Origin: Phyllosticta citribraziliensis
Lineage: Eukaryota
Direction: 5' to 3'
NCBI RefSeq assembly: GCF_038025025.1
Contig: NW_027117348.1
Location: 558,001 to 622,000 of the forward strand
Length of the DNA stretch: 64,000 bases
Below are positions 23,491-36,569 of the stretch, piece by piece. Made by a program: the position numbers and the translations under genes. How positions within the stretch are numbered: position 1 is the first letter of the stretch; every line of letters starts with the position of its first letter. The notes under the pieces are model-generated. The model searched no databases, was not told where the DNA came from, and worked only from the letters and a program-made list of their open reading frames with translations.

Positions 23491-26400
23491 CTCACCACGT
23501 AATTCGTCCGTCTTGTTTCCGGTCAGGAACCATCCGACTCGCACGCGCCTCGCAGTGTACCGTACAGTTCAGCTGGGAGGGGCGGGCCGTCCGATGATTG
23601 GAGAAAAGAAGAGAGCGCGTGGCAGCCAAGGAAGCATAGGAATCGTCGTCGTCAGGGTCATGTCTGTTGCAGATGATGCGGTATGCATGGGTTGCGCCCA
23701 GCGAGGAAGCATGAACAACAGCCGAGACAGACGCCCATGCATGCTTGCTGCGAAACAACAAGCACCAGCAGCGGATGGAGTAGGGAAGCATGCACCGCCG
23801 ATGGTGTGATGGCGAATATCGTCGTTCCTGGATGCGAGGCAGGGGCACCCGTCGGCGGGGGTCTGCCTGGCGATGCGTTTTGAAACGGACGGACGGGGTT
23901 TGAAACTGGGGGCGGGCGTGGGTTGGGCTGGGATGGGCTGGCCGCGGGTTGGCGGGCTGGCGGGCTGGCGGGTCGGCCGCGGTCGGCATCTGGGATCGCG
24001 GGTTCTGATGGTGATGGGATGGGATTCGTGGCTGTTGTTTGGTTGGCTCGATGGGCGGGATGCGATGGACGAGATGCGGTTTGTTCGGAACGAACGGGGC
24101 TCGTTTCGACTCGACTCGACGTCACAGCCGTTGCAGGGCGAGGTACGGTACCAGTGTACTTTGCTCTGGGGAGGCTTCGATTCGGTCCAGCGTGGAGAGG
24201 GCGAGAGTTGAGCAGACCAAGTCAAAGTCGAAAGGTATAGACTGCCCAGCCAAGCCCAGCCCATCCGAACGACCAATACTTTTAGAATACGAAAGAGAAG
24301 CAAGGCGGGCGCATCATCACCACGAAGCCTATACGCTCGAGTAGGCTCACCGAAAAGCAATAAAGCAACGAAGCAACCAAACACCCAATTACTCGTCGCA
24401 ACTCAACTCAACTAATCCACCTGGCAGCCTATCATCGTCATTACCCACCTTTCCCACCCCCAGCAGCACCAGCACCAGCAGATCTAAGACAATCTCAATC
24501 GGCGACAGCATCGCACGCATCACAAACGGCGCTACTGCAGGTCAAGCATCACACGCACTTGCAAACTGTTCTGTACATACTTTTTGTTCCCCTCCTACAA
24601 CAACAACAACAGCCCACCCGCGCCTGTGTACCTACTTCCTTGTCTACGGCACATGTACAGTACATGCGGTACAGACTGTACAGCACGTACAACCGGAAGC
24701 TCGACACTTGCGCACTGTACTTCGGCCAGCCGGCCAGCCAGCCCAGCCCCACGCGAAACACCAAAACACCTCCGCAACCTACAGCCCTGCCTGCATAAAC
24801 ATGGATGGCGTGCATAAGATTAAGCTTTCCTCCGACTCGTCTTTGGCAGGACAGACCTTGCTGGGCCGCTGCGAGCGGTGGAGGCAGGGGAGTCCCTGGA
24901 GCCGGCAGTCTTTCTTGCGTTGCTTTTGTTCCACGTCGTTCCAACGGTTGATGTCAGTGTGTGTGTGTGTAGTGTAGTGTTTGCCGTTTGGCGCAGGGGG
25001 GTTGACCGGTTAGCTGTTGGCGTGTTGACATGTGTATGTATGCAAATGGACAATTGGCGTGTAGATAGCCCGTTTGTTGGTGGAAGATGCAGCAATGTGT
25101 ATTCCTTGCCTGCCTGGCGTAATATTGAGCAGGCATGTCGGGACGACGTGGAAGTACTATAGTGGGGCACCACAGGTAGCGGCAGGAAAGGAATGACGTC
25201 GAAAGAGACCGGCACGACAGAATGAACGCCATGAGCATTCGATGCATGCTGAGGTGAAGAGGTAGTAGAAGATGGAGAAGTATTCGTAGATTCAAAATGT
25301 CTCGACCTCGTGCTCTCTCCAGAGCTCATCCCCCCGAGTTGATCGCCGGCCGGCCAGCCAGCCAGCCAACGCCCGCGTGATCAAGAAGAGAAGGAAATCT
25401 AGCCAGTCCGTCCTAGATACTGATCCGAACACGAGAAAAAACTAGTGAAATGAGCAGCAGTAGCAGCAAGAAGCCCACAGGAACCAGCCTGCGAAGGGCA
25501 AACCAGAGCACAGAAAAGACGCTAGAAGACTCGACAACACATAGACAAGCAAGGGAAGGCATGGCAAGGCAAGGCAAGGCAAAAAAGCGTACGTGGCGAA
25601 CGAAGCAAGAAGGGCAAGCAACATTCAGATAAGATAGAATAGCGGCATAAGAAGCATTCGTTGGTAAATACGTAAGGAAAATCCATCAACCCGTCAATCC
25701 GTAGCTACTAGCTAGTAAGAAGAAGCAAAGGTCGATTAAAAGGGGGGGGTATTAAAAGACGTGTAGAGCCAATTTAGATCAGAGAAGGGCATGAAGAGAA
25801 GAGAAGAGAGAAAAGAGAAGAGGAAAAAAGGAGAGAAAGGAAAAGTGTGAGGTCGAGAGGCAGATAAACAAGGAGACGGCGGGAGCCACGATTGAAACAG
25901 CAACCGCTACAAGAAACCGCCTCCGTCACCCAACCCAGAAGTTCGCAGGTAGTGGCCGCGGGGAGCGAAGCACACACCATGCGCGGCGCACAGAGTGATC
26001 CGTGAATGTCCATCCCCAGCCATTGCCGCGGCCACGTCTACCGTCCACCATGTTCGCCCACGACGTGGCAGGTGGATGAAGAGGGCGGAAGATAGCAACA
26101 GAGTGCGATACAACGGAGTGGAGCGAGCAAAGGTCGATTATTGAAGGAGACAAGGAGAGTAGGAAAAGAAAACCCCATCATCCCCTGGCCCGCGTGACGA
26201 GTCTGATGCATCCGCCGAAGGGAGACAGACTGAAGAGACAGAACATGGCGGTGTCGAGCCAGCTCGGCCCGCGTGTTTGAGCGTCCCTTGGTCTGCCCAC
26301 CTATTCGTCTCAACATTTGCATCAAAAACACACACGAACGAGTCCATCGCCTGAAGCTCCAGATCCGGTTTTAGCAATTGTGGCCACATTGGTCGTCGAT

Positions 26401-26886
26401 TGATCGATTGAATTGGTTGTTGTGGTTGTTGATTGTTTCTCGTAGATGTTGTGGTCCATGTCGACTGTCGTCGGAGAGCCAAAAGGGAAAGAAAAGAAGA
26501 AAAAAAGTCCCTTTCAGATTCCCTCCCATCCATCCTCCTCAAACAATAAAGCAAAAACACCTCCTCTGCAACTCGATACATGCTCCTACTACTCCACCCA
26601 CCCATTGGGTATTTTCGCTACAAGGGACGAAACCAGCCAAATCAAAAGTAGAGGGAAAAAGAGTTGGAGAGAGAAAAGGTGTTTTGGAGAAGAAAGTACT
26701 TTTGATTCCACGCCAGTTGAGTTCCCTCCCGTGAGGCCCGTTTTTGTGGCCATGGCGCCTCCCAGAAAATCACATCCCGATCCGATCCTCTTCCATAGTG
26801 TCGTCCTAGCAAAGACGAAAAGCAAACCCCGCATCCGTGGTATCACTGTCGTAATCCGTCGTAACATGACTGTTGCCAAGGGCAAT

Positions 26887-28677
26887 CTAGTCATCCCTCT
26901 TGCGCTTCTTTTGCTTCTTGTCCGAGTCCGAATCGGAACCGCGCGAAGACTCGGAGCTCGCGACCCTGCCGACGGCCTGGAAAAGGGCGTGGCCGAGGAC
27001 GCCAGTGTCGTTGCTGCTGAACGACGAGACGGACGACTCCTTTTGCGACCTCATGGTGGCCTCGTCCATGACGTTGAGGGTGACCGAGGTGGTGCCGTGG
27101 GTGCGCTGGTGCTGCGAGAGGTTGTCGCTGCGCGAGAACTTCTTGCCGCAGTCGGTGCACTCAAAGGGCTTTTCGTGGGTGTGCAGGGAGCGGTAGTGGC
27201 GCTTGAGGTGTTCCTGGCGACGGAAGCGACGGGAGCAGAGGGAGCAGACGAAGGTCTTGGAGGGGTCCTCGGTCAGGGATTGTTTGCGACCACGGCGGCT
27301 GACAGGCTGAGGGTGCTGCGAGTCGGAGGCAGAGGCGCCGTTGGAGCTGGACGACTCGGATTCGCCCTGGACGGACTGGGATACAGCACCCTTGGTGGAG
27401 CCGCGAGCCGAGTGAGCCTTGGTCAGGACAAAGTCCGAGTCGGAGTCGTCGACGCGCCTCTTGTTCAGGCGCCTCTTGGTGCGATCCATGTCGTCGGAGA
27501 AGGAGGCGTCAGTGTCGGAGGGGGTGAGGAGGCCAGTGTTGGCAAAGTCGTCGTCAAAGTCGCTAAAGTCGTCGTTGTCGTCGAGCGAAAAGGCGGTGCG
27601 CTGGCGCTTGTTGGGGTTGGCAAAGTTGGACTGGGGGAGGTGGGCGAGGCCGTTGTTGAGGTCGTCCTCGGAGTCGAGCTCGAACAGGGGCTCGAACTGG
27701 GGGAGGCCGTGCGGGGCGGAGGTGAAGTCGGCAGCAGGGGCGTCGGGCTTGTCGGTAAAGGCCTCGCCGCGCAGCATCAACTTGTGCTCCTCGTCGTCGC
27801 CGGAGCAGAGGGTGGGCAGGCAGGCAAAGTCGGCGGCGGGGGCCGAGACGGTGAGGTTGCGGGGGTCGCAAAAGTCGGTTTCGCTCTCAATGGGGGTGCG
27901 CGGCAGCGGCGAGGGCGAGGGCGAAAGCGAGGGGCACGAAGTTGCGGAGAGGAGGTGAGTGGCAGCCGGCGGACATGTAGCTTGGAGCTGATCCTGGCTG
28001 TGGCTCTGGCTCTGGCTCGGGTGCGAGGTGGGCGGCTGGATGAAGACTGCGCCCGCGTTCCAGTTAGCTCCAGGGTCCAGCTCGCTAACCGCCCAATCAC
28101 GCTTACCTGGAGTCATGGGGGGAGACTGCGAGCGCGTCCACTCTCCGCCCGCCAGAATCTCCGAAAACACCTCTTCCTCGCAGCCCTGCTTGACGCCCTC
28201 GAGTCCTTCGCAGAAAGATCCATTCACGGGCGTCGGCAGCGGGTCGTACATGGACGGCGGGCTGCTGATGGCGCTGCCCGACGACGACAGCGGGGGGGTT
28301 GCGGGCGCAAAACGAAAGTCAAAGTCGGCATCCAGGCCGCCAAAGTAGCTGTCTTGGGTCATCAGGAGCGTGGGCTTCTGGTGCATGGGCTGCGGCGAGG
28401 CCACGGGCGTCATCATCTGGCCGTGGTACGGTCTCGACATGGTCGACATGCACGTCGACTGCGAGCTCGACGACGACGGCCGGCCGTAGCACATGTTGGA
28501 CGTGGGCATCATGTTGTCGGGCGTGGAACCCAGCTGGAACTGGCTCGGGAAGGGCTGGCCATGCGGGTGCGGCGTGAAGTGACCGTGTTGGCGCGTCTCG
28601 GAGCTGGGGTCGGGGTTGTAGTAGAAAAAGGGCGACTGGCCCATCATATGGGGTTGCGGCGCAAATGGGCTATCCAT
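26887..28677 (-). CDS. seb1: Msn2/4-like C2H2 zinc-finger stress-response transcription factor (Seb1/SebA/MsnA type); intron 28047-28106
   Basis: [68 protein letters not shown]-terminal [15 protein letters not shown] and [11 protein letters not shown]; removing the 60-nt GTAAGC..GCTAAC..CAG intron gives SPPMTPVFIQP. Confidence 0.92.
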   Translation of the reverse strand: MDSPFAPQPHMMGQSPFFYYNPDPSSETRQHGHFTPHPHGQPFPSQFQLGSTPDNMMPTSNMCYGRPSSSSSQSTCMSTMSRPYHGQMMTPVASPQPMHQKPTLLMTQDSYFGGLDADFDFRFAPATPPLSSSGSAISSPPSMYDPLPTPVNGSFCEGLEGVKQGCEEEVFSEILAGGEWTRSQSPPMTPGKRDWAVSELDPGANWNAGAVFIQPPTSHPSQSQSHSQDQLQATCPPAATHLLSATSCPSLSPSPSPLPRTPIESETDFCDPRNLTVSAPAADFACLPTLCSGDDEEHKLMLRGEAFTDKPDAPAADFTSAPHGLPQFEPLFELDSEDDLNNGLAHLPQSNFANPNKRQRTAFSLDDNDDFSDFDDDFANTGLLTPSDTDASFSDDMDRTKRRLNKRRVDDSDSDFVLTKAHSARGSTKGAVSQSVQGESESSSSNGASASDSQHPQPVSRRGRKQSLTEDPSKTFVCSLCSRRFRRQEHLKRHYRSLHTHEKPFECTDCGKKFSRSDNLSQHQRTHGTTSVTLNVMDEATMRSQKESSVSSFSSNDTGVLGHALFQAVGRVASSESSRGSDSDSDKKQKKRKRDD

Positions 28678-28698
28678 TGTGTGTGTGTGTACGTGTGT

Positions 28699-28772
28699 CT
28701 AGGTTGTGACGGAGGAATGTCAGCTTCATTCCGAGCCAAGAATAGCGACCCGCCGGGATGGAGACTACTCAC
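28699..28772 (-). other. Predicted 5'-UTR intron of the Seb1/MsnA gene
   Basis: On the minus strand GTGAGT donor (28772), GCTGAC branch point and TAG acceptor (28699), ending 21 nt upstream of the ATG. Confidence 0.65.
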
Positions 28773-31700
28773 ATGTTGACGAAGCGAGGGTGTCAAAGTA
28801 TTAAAGAGGTAATAGACTTGGCCAGTGTGGGCTTCCAGATGCACGCGACGAAGGTATGTGAGGAGGAGTAGGCAGTGTAGGTAGTATTAGGGTGTTTTGT
28901 ACAGGTGGTTGAGGAGTGAGCGAGCGAGTGAGTGACGACAACAGCAATGGGCAAGACCAGTTGCTGTCTACTAAGGTAGCTAAGGTGGGCGATGATGTCG
29001 GTAGAGTGTTGTTGCAGTGATGGACCAAAAGAAGGGCTGATAACAATCGAGGCGATGCTATCTGAAAAGAGCAAAGTAAAGTACTAAACGGCGAAGTTCT
29101 GGAAACGAGGTGGAAAGGACGGAGTTGATAAACCCTGGAGCAAGGAAAGCCAGAGAGCGGACGGGGAGCCAAGTGGATAAGTAGAAGGAAGATCAGCGAC
29201 AGACGAGACAGGCGATTAGGTCTGAAGAAGAAAAGATGACCAGGCACGGCCAGAGAGAGGCGGAAATGGTCGACCACGGTGGGAGGGGAAGTCGGGAAGG
29301 CGCAGCATAGACACAGACAGCCCGAGACCCCTGCGCCCGCTGCCAGGTGCCAGGTGCCAGGCCTGCTCATGCACAAGCGCTGCGACTGACTGATTATTCT
29401 GCGACCGGCGCTGACTCGCGCGCCCCCTCCCCCCCCCTCCAGCGCCGCCCACCCATGCCGTGGCCACCCCAGCGTAGCGCCCACCCCAGCCAGGGCCAGC
29501 TCCAGCTCCAGCTCCAGCTATACCGTACTCCCATCCCCCCAAGACGCGCGGCATTATTTTTATGCCGTGAGGCCCATGCCCTGCCCTGCCGCATCCCAGC
29601 TGCTGCTCGTCGTTGGATGTACTGGTGCGAATTGTGACCATCTGGGTATCCCAATGCGCTACTGCCAATACTCTCTCTATTGATTGACACCTGTAGCCCG
29701 TCCGCCCGCATTCAACCCACGCACGCTACCTTTGGCAAGGTGAAACCCTAGCGTCGCGCATAAACGTCTGTCTCTCTGTCTCTTCACTTCTTCTCAGAGG
29801 CCTGCCTCGTCGTGGCGGCGGCCTATCGAGCTCGCGGCCAGCCACGCCCAGGATGGAAGGAATACGACCGCCGGGTGTGACGGGCGTGTGACGGGCACTT
29901 CAGCTCGACTGGCAGTGGCAGGCCGCCTATCAGCAGCCTCGACCTGCAAGTCTGCCCACTGTGGAGCCGTGGCAAACGGCGAATGAGACTCGACAAACAC
30001 CAAAAGTGCCACGCAACACTGCGCAATGATGTCGCCGCCTGGCCTGCACCGCGCCGTTTGTTATTCCTGTCCAACGGCCAGTCCACCCGCATGCCTTGCC
30101 TTCAATACTTACTCCAACTACTGGGCTGTCAAATGCTCGCGCTGGCGTCTAGCTGAATCCTGCCGAAACGCCGCCCGCCAATTGTCGCCATTGTCTCGAT
30201 CCCAGAGCCTGTGTGTGTCTGCGTGTGGGGTACAGCTCGAGCGCCGAGTGGTGCGACAAGGACAGCTCACGTTCGGACCGTCAAGGCCTCGTTGAGACTG
30301 GCCTGCATCGAGTGTTTCAACCCGTCTTGACCAGAGCCGTCGGTCAATCAAGACGTGTCGCACAGAAACGGCTGCGAGGGAAACCAGCCAAACGACTTCG
30401 TGTTCGACCGACTGTTGCAGGCGTGGATTGCGCTGCCGTCATGGATCCAGCGTGATGATCATGCAATCACGTTCGCTGGGGGGTGACGCCGCCTGTTGCT
30501 AATCTTGTCGACCAACGCGGCTTCGGGTCAGGCTGCACAAGTTCGGGTGCACCGCCAATCTGCGTCATAAGTCGGGTGTTTGGCCGCTTCGGTGGCCTGG
30601 CTTCGAGAAGCGCTCCAAGCCAGGGCTCCTAATGCAGGTACCGGCACCTACTCACTGCTCATGCATGCCTACATACTCCTCCTGTGCACCACACCACGGG
30701 ACCGCGCTGCAGCCCACGTTTCAGCAGACACCACCAGGCATGCTCTCGGTCCCACCGCGACCACCGCACCGCACCGCACCTCCAACAACACCAGCGTCAT
30801 CGTCATCGTCGTTGTCGTCGGTCCGAGGCGAGACCCTCAGCTGCCTGGCCTGTCCTGTCCCGGGCGTCGGGGACAGCGCACTTGGTTCCGCCTGCTAGCT
30901 CCCTCGCTCTCTTCAGCCAGCGTCCTCCTCTAGCTCGTCTTCTCCAGATCGACGTTCAGGAATCAGACAGCCGAGATTGCCTTTGACCACGGCTCCCTCT
31001 GGGCTGACCCTGCTCGTCTTCAGACGGCCCGCACCTGGACTGAATCAAACACTCCCCACGCCCGGCCTTGGCCATCGCGACGACGCGTCGAACCACATGC
31101 CCGTCCTATGGGGAAAATGCCCCGGCATCGTCGCAGCCGATCGAGAGTCGCTCATCATCAACAAGCTTTCCGTGGTTCGCGGCGGCATCCACCTGCCATC
31201 ACCATCCATCGTGCCTCTCAGCCTTGGCTTCCGATCACCTCTGCTCGACCACCACCACCACCCATCAGACTGGACAAGGCCGCGCCACAAACGGCGGCGC
31301 TGGATCCATTCCACTCTTCGCGAGGTCCCGGCTGCCGTCGAAATGAGGTGTTCATGCCAAATTGTGGAGCCTCGCCTCCAACAGGGCAAGCCACAGTCAA
31401 GCGCACGAGTAATCCTTCTGGAAAAGACGGCGCACGAGCTCGCTTTCTCCATGCCGTCTCCACACTTTGTCTCGCAGACCCTTTCGGAACTTTTGCACCA
31501 CGACCCAAAACCAAGGCAGAGACGCGGCGCCGATGGTTGCTGCCAATCGTCGATCCCTCTCACGCCAAGCCGCCCACGATTGCAACACACCGATACCGTG
31601 GGCCGGCACTTGAGCGGTTTATCCAAGGAGCAGCGGTCAGTCTGAGAAGGGAATATTGCATCCTTCCTCTGCCTGCACTGCTGCTCAGCGTTCACCGCAA

Positions 31701-34700
31701 GAGCCCGCGCGCTGCACCGCGAGCGCGTCAGAGCACAAGGGAACTCCGGCCCGGCCCTGGCCTAGCCTGCGAGGTCAACTGGTGACATCGTCGCAGCGAG
31801 CCACAGTCCTCCCACGCCCCCAGCGGCTGCTCCAGACCTTCTCCCACGCTCCCACTCTTTTGTGAATGAGGATCAACGCTCGCCCAAGGCGCCGCCGCAC
31901 GGAGGGCATGCTGGGCTCGCCCCGGGCACGAGCAGTGAGACGAGACGCCGCGGCGGCGGCTGCGTCTGCGTCCGTTGCAGCTGTCGTCGTCTTCGGGCGG
32001 ACGGACGGGCGGGCGGCGCGCACAATCTCCCTCTCCCACCAGCCCAAGGAACCAGCCAGTGCGCCCGCTACAATCATCTGTGCTGCCATGGCAATATTCC
32101 TCAGAGGCCGTCGTTTGCCCTCTTCGTCGTCTTCATCATGCTGTTTTGCACCTGCAGACGCCATCCGCGTTTCGGACCGTTTCTGCCCTAGCCGACGGGA
32201 CGGGCACGGCAGCCTGCCACTGGATTGCCTCGTTTGCTGGCGCTCGACAGTCGACACCCACCCTGTCGGCCTCACGACGCCCTTGACGGCAGTTGGAGAG
32301 CAAACCGGAGACGGCACCGAAATCCTCTCGCTGCCTGACACCTTGAAGGACGGTCCTTTTCGGGCCAACTGCCCTGTCATGCCCTCCCTGGTTTGCCCTG
32401 GCAATGGGACGTACGGGTCCAACCTCATCGTATCTCACCATCAAGGGTCTTCTTTTCCATGCTGCGGGTGCGCCTCTTTTCTCACATCATTGCCATTGTC
32501 GTCATTGTCAGGCTGCCCACCTGCCCTATCTGCTGGGCCACGGAACTCCCGACGAACCTTTGTCGCCAGCCGACCCTGATGTTGACCTGCCTAACGCCGC
32601 GGCTGCGCAACATCATCATTACTCGCGGCTGATTGTCTAGGTCTCTTGTCGTTCCCCTCCACTCCGCTGTGCCTCGTCGCTCGCCGACGACCGACTGTCG
32701 ATTCTTTGCCTCTTGTGTACCGTTGCCCGGTCTACAATTCCGCACTGCACCAGTCAGCCAGCCAGCCTTATCTCGTAAATGAAGGGCGGGGAAGAAAATT
32801 CCCTCTCCCACCACTCGGTCTTGCGTGCGCGGCTGTCTTCGGCGGCTGGCGGCTGAGGCGCGGCTGTTGGATGCGCGTGGGGATAGAGGGTGTTGAGTCG
32901 TAGTTTCTTTTGCTGTATTGCGTGCTGTGACCAATCGGTGATGACCTCATGCTGTTTGTACTGCTCGCTATCTATTATCGTCCATCGACCTGTTGATCCA
33001 ATGAACCTCTTTTATCCGAGTCTTTGTCCCCATCTGAACATGAAATTTTTTAATTCGTCGAATCACAGCTTTTCTGGCAGTCTGCCTGCTTGCTCGTTCC
33101 CAGCTATCCCCGTCTGTCAGCATCTGTCTGTATACCTAGACGCCACTCTTCTTTCTAGCAGTGCCTGTAGGCCTGCTTCCTACTGCCTATCTCCGATTTC
33201 CCTCTATGCATGCAAGACTGGGTAAGGTACCACACTACACCATCACATGAGACAAGGTACTACTATACCTACTACACCACCATCCTCCTCGCCCGACCGA
33301 CTGTAAAACAAAACAGTGCATCCTTCGCTACTCTGACCCCACTGCATAACACACCATCCATCTCGATCCGCGATTCCGTTTCCTCCTTCCTTCCTTTCCA
33401 CCTCACCTACCTGTCTGCCTACAGCCGTCGTCGACAAGCCTACCACCGCATCCTTCGTTTCGTTCGCTTCCATAGGTAGCTTTGCACTGACATGCCCCAT
33501 CCCCATCAACGTCCACGCTCTCGCGTCGACGAACTTCGAATCTCGTTTCGGCAGCTCGCCCGCTGCCACCACCACCGCCGCCGCCGCCGCCGCCATCAGC
33601 TCATCTCTGTTTCGTTTTGTTTCATTTCATTCCGCCTCCCCGCCTCGTCTCTACGTACCTCCATTCTTAGCACCACTGCTGCCGCCCGTCCGTGCGTGCA
33701 CGTATCAAACCACTCTTTTTTTTGGTTTGGTTTGGTTCGTCCCGTCTTTCCCGTCTTTCTCCCGCGAGCGAGCGAGTGAAAACGGCGCTCCGGCCCGCCG
33801 CGCGCGCTGGGTTGGTGCCGGGCGTGCGTCAATGCCCTTGGTTTGCTTCATCTGCTTGCGTGCGTGCGTGCCGGTTGGTCCCGCGCGTCGTCGTTTGGTT
33901 GCTGTTGTTCTAGGCTGCCTGCCTGCCTACCTGCCTGCCTGCCTGCGCATGAAGAAGGGCGCTGGCGCCGTGGCATGCCGTGCTATGCCGGACCGGACCG
34001 GTCTGGGGCGGTGTAAGGTATGCGTGGTTTGTGGTGGTTGGAGCATGCCTTCGTACGGACGTATGTTCATAGAGACGTGTGCATGGGCGGTCGTGAGTAC
34101 ATAGTGTGAGATGGGAGATATGGGCAGAAAAGTCAGTCAGCCAGTCAGTCAGTCCACCGGAGATGATGATCGTGGTATGTTTTGGTTGTTTGGTTGGCTG
34201 TTTGGCTGCTGGTCGATGTTGTGGAGGTCCAGGCTTGCGACGAATGAATGCTCCTCATGTAGACGATTTTATTTTTATGCACACCTTTTATCTTTTTTTC
34301 GTTCTCTTTTTCGTTCCACGACCCTGCTGGGCTGCTGTCGTCAAGACCCAGAAACCTTCTCGAGGGTATGTAGGCAGGTAAGCAAGGTGTTGATAGGCAC
34401 GATACCAGCTAGGCCACCACCACCACCATCCATCGCACCACCAGCGGCAACGCCAAAGTGGCTGCACCCACATCAGCACAGCCGCACCACCCATCCACTA
34501 TGCATACACCCAGCTCACAAGAAACGTTCCATGCGGCGTCCGTCCTTCGATTCGCCCTTCCACTTGCCGCCTTCATCTCTCTCTCTCTCTCGGCAGTCAT
34601 CTCATCTCGTCACGTCTCGCTACGCTTCGCTACGCTACGCGCGTGGCTAATCAGCTGCGTTCCGTATTCTGCGTATCCGCGTATCAACAACGTGGGTGGG

Positions 34701-36426
34701 CGTCCCTCGCGCCGACTGGTTGGTACGGTACGGTAGGGTAGGTCGGTACCTTGGCCTCCATGCATGGGTGATGCCCTCTCTCCACGTGCTGGCTGGCTGC
34801 TCTCTTTCACATTTTTAATTTAGAACGAAGGAAAACCCGGGCGAATGACGAGCGTCGCAGAGCGCTCGCCAACGCGATTGGTCGCCCCGGCGTTCCTTTC
34901 TTGAGATGTTGCGTTGCCGTTGCCGTTGCGTTGGGTGACGTTGCACTACTACTGCCACCACCACCAAGATTGATTGACTGGGTGCACAGCCTCCGCCGCC
35001 GCCGCGCTGCCTCTTTTGGGTGTCTCATCTCCGTCCCGAACGGCGGGCGGGCGGCGACTCAACTCCCTCACCCAGTAGTCCCGCCCGCCTGTTCGTTTCG
35101 TCGTTCTTCTTGGGGCGATTGACAAGGCTCAGTCGGTAATTGGAGACGAGAAGAGGAAGAGGTACGGGCTTGGTGGCAGTGGTGGCGAACGGGGCAAGCG
35201 AGCAGGCGACCTACGCATGGCAATCATGGATGCAATAATGTGATGGGAACGAGCTGAGGGCGTAGAGAGAGGCAGGGAAAAACTTTTCCATCCTGTCGTC
35301 GGTGTTGTGCGACGTCGTACAAGAGCGCTGTGATGGATGGATGGGTGGGATGGGTGCGCCGGCGCGTTGACGGCGCCGCGGTTGGCGTCTGCTGTGCCTC
35401 GGCTCGAGTCGAGTCGCGCATTGCGATGCAGAGCCTCAAAGGTTGCGATAAGAACGGAGGTTTGGAGTGTTGGTGGGTGTCGTGGTGGGGAGGAGAGACG
35501 CGCCTGCTCCAGGGTGCCTTCCTCCTCTGGTTGCTGTCGCCAAAACTTTGTTCGCACCGCACCGTGACCTTTCAACTTCTCGTCTGCATCATTCGTTCCC
35601 AGGCCTCATTGAAATCGATCACGCATTCATTCTGCACATCCAACGAATTTGTACCACCGCTGTATACTCGAGCGGAACATGGCCACCGAAGACAATTGCG
35701 GGCCATGCGTTAGCGAGCCGTGTGAAGACGAGGATGGGATGGAAGTCGAGCTGGAGGAAGAAGAAGTTGTCCAAAGTGTGACAAGCAACTGAGCTTGGAC
35801 ACCGCTCTTGCTCCTCCCTCTTTTCCTCTTCTCAGTCTCACATCGCTTGCTGTGCCAGTTGTCTAATTGAAATGTCAGGAATTCGGCACAATTCGGTCCA
35901 ACCTTGACGGTCGCGGAAGCCATGCGCATGCAAGCAGAGGACGCATCTCTCTCGAAGATCTGCTGGACAACATCCCAGAAACACGATGTGCGCGCAGGAT
36001 GTTGCCAGTGTTTGAGAAATACCACAACAAGCAGGTCTACGTCGTGTTTTTCCAGACGCGGACATGAGCGACATTTCCATCATACTCATTGACATGCGTC
36101 CGACGTGCCGAAGTGCGCTACGACAACCAAAGTCCGCTGGCATCATACTGCAAACACATTTGCCCAAGTGAAGCTCCGCGCCTGCAACGCGCCATTCAAC
36201 TGTAGCTCAGAGTCGCTCAACGCCCTTTCGGTTTTACGCAAGTCGTTGACCTGGGATTCCGTGTAAGGAATCTTCTCCATGGCTCAACCATGGCTACCGT
36301 ACACGCCATGCCGCTTCTTCTGGCAAACATGCCAAGACTCAGGAAAATCCCACATGTCCACCAGCAGCTACATGGAGGACGGAGAATCGATCAGGAGCCC
36401 TTCGGCAGCAATCCAGCATCAGACAA

Positions 36427-36569
36427 CCAGGGAGCATTCGACTGTTGACGAGTGACGAAGTCTGGAAATGCCGCAACTGCACCCAGGGAATATTCGTTGA
36501 CTGCTGCAGGTGAAGCCTGGGAGCTGCCGTGCCTTGCCAGTTGTGCCCGGGGAGCATTCGACTGTTGAC
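36427..36569. repeat. Degenerate direct repeat (three units about 55-65 bp apart)
   Basis: CCAGGGAGCATTCGACTGTTGAC (36427), CCCAGGGAATATTCGTTGAC (36482), CCGGGGAGCATTCGACTGTTGAC (36547). Confidence 0.7.

Noticed and set aside
26446..28779. 777-aa plus-strand ORF antisense to seb1
   Set aside because: Shadow of a GC3-rich gene; Val/Gly/Ala/Arg-rich with no recognisable motif.
29800..33000. Overlapping 200+ aa ORFs in the seb1 upstream region (30977-31785, 31775-32579)
   Set aside because: Arg/Pro/Ser-rich in all frames, typical of GC-rich non-coding DNA; no splice-supported model.
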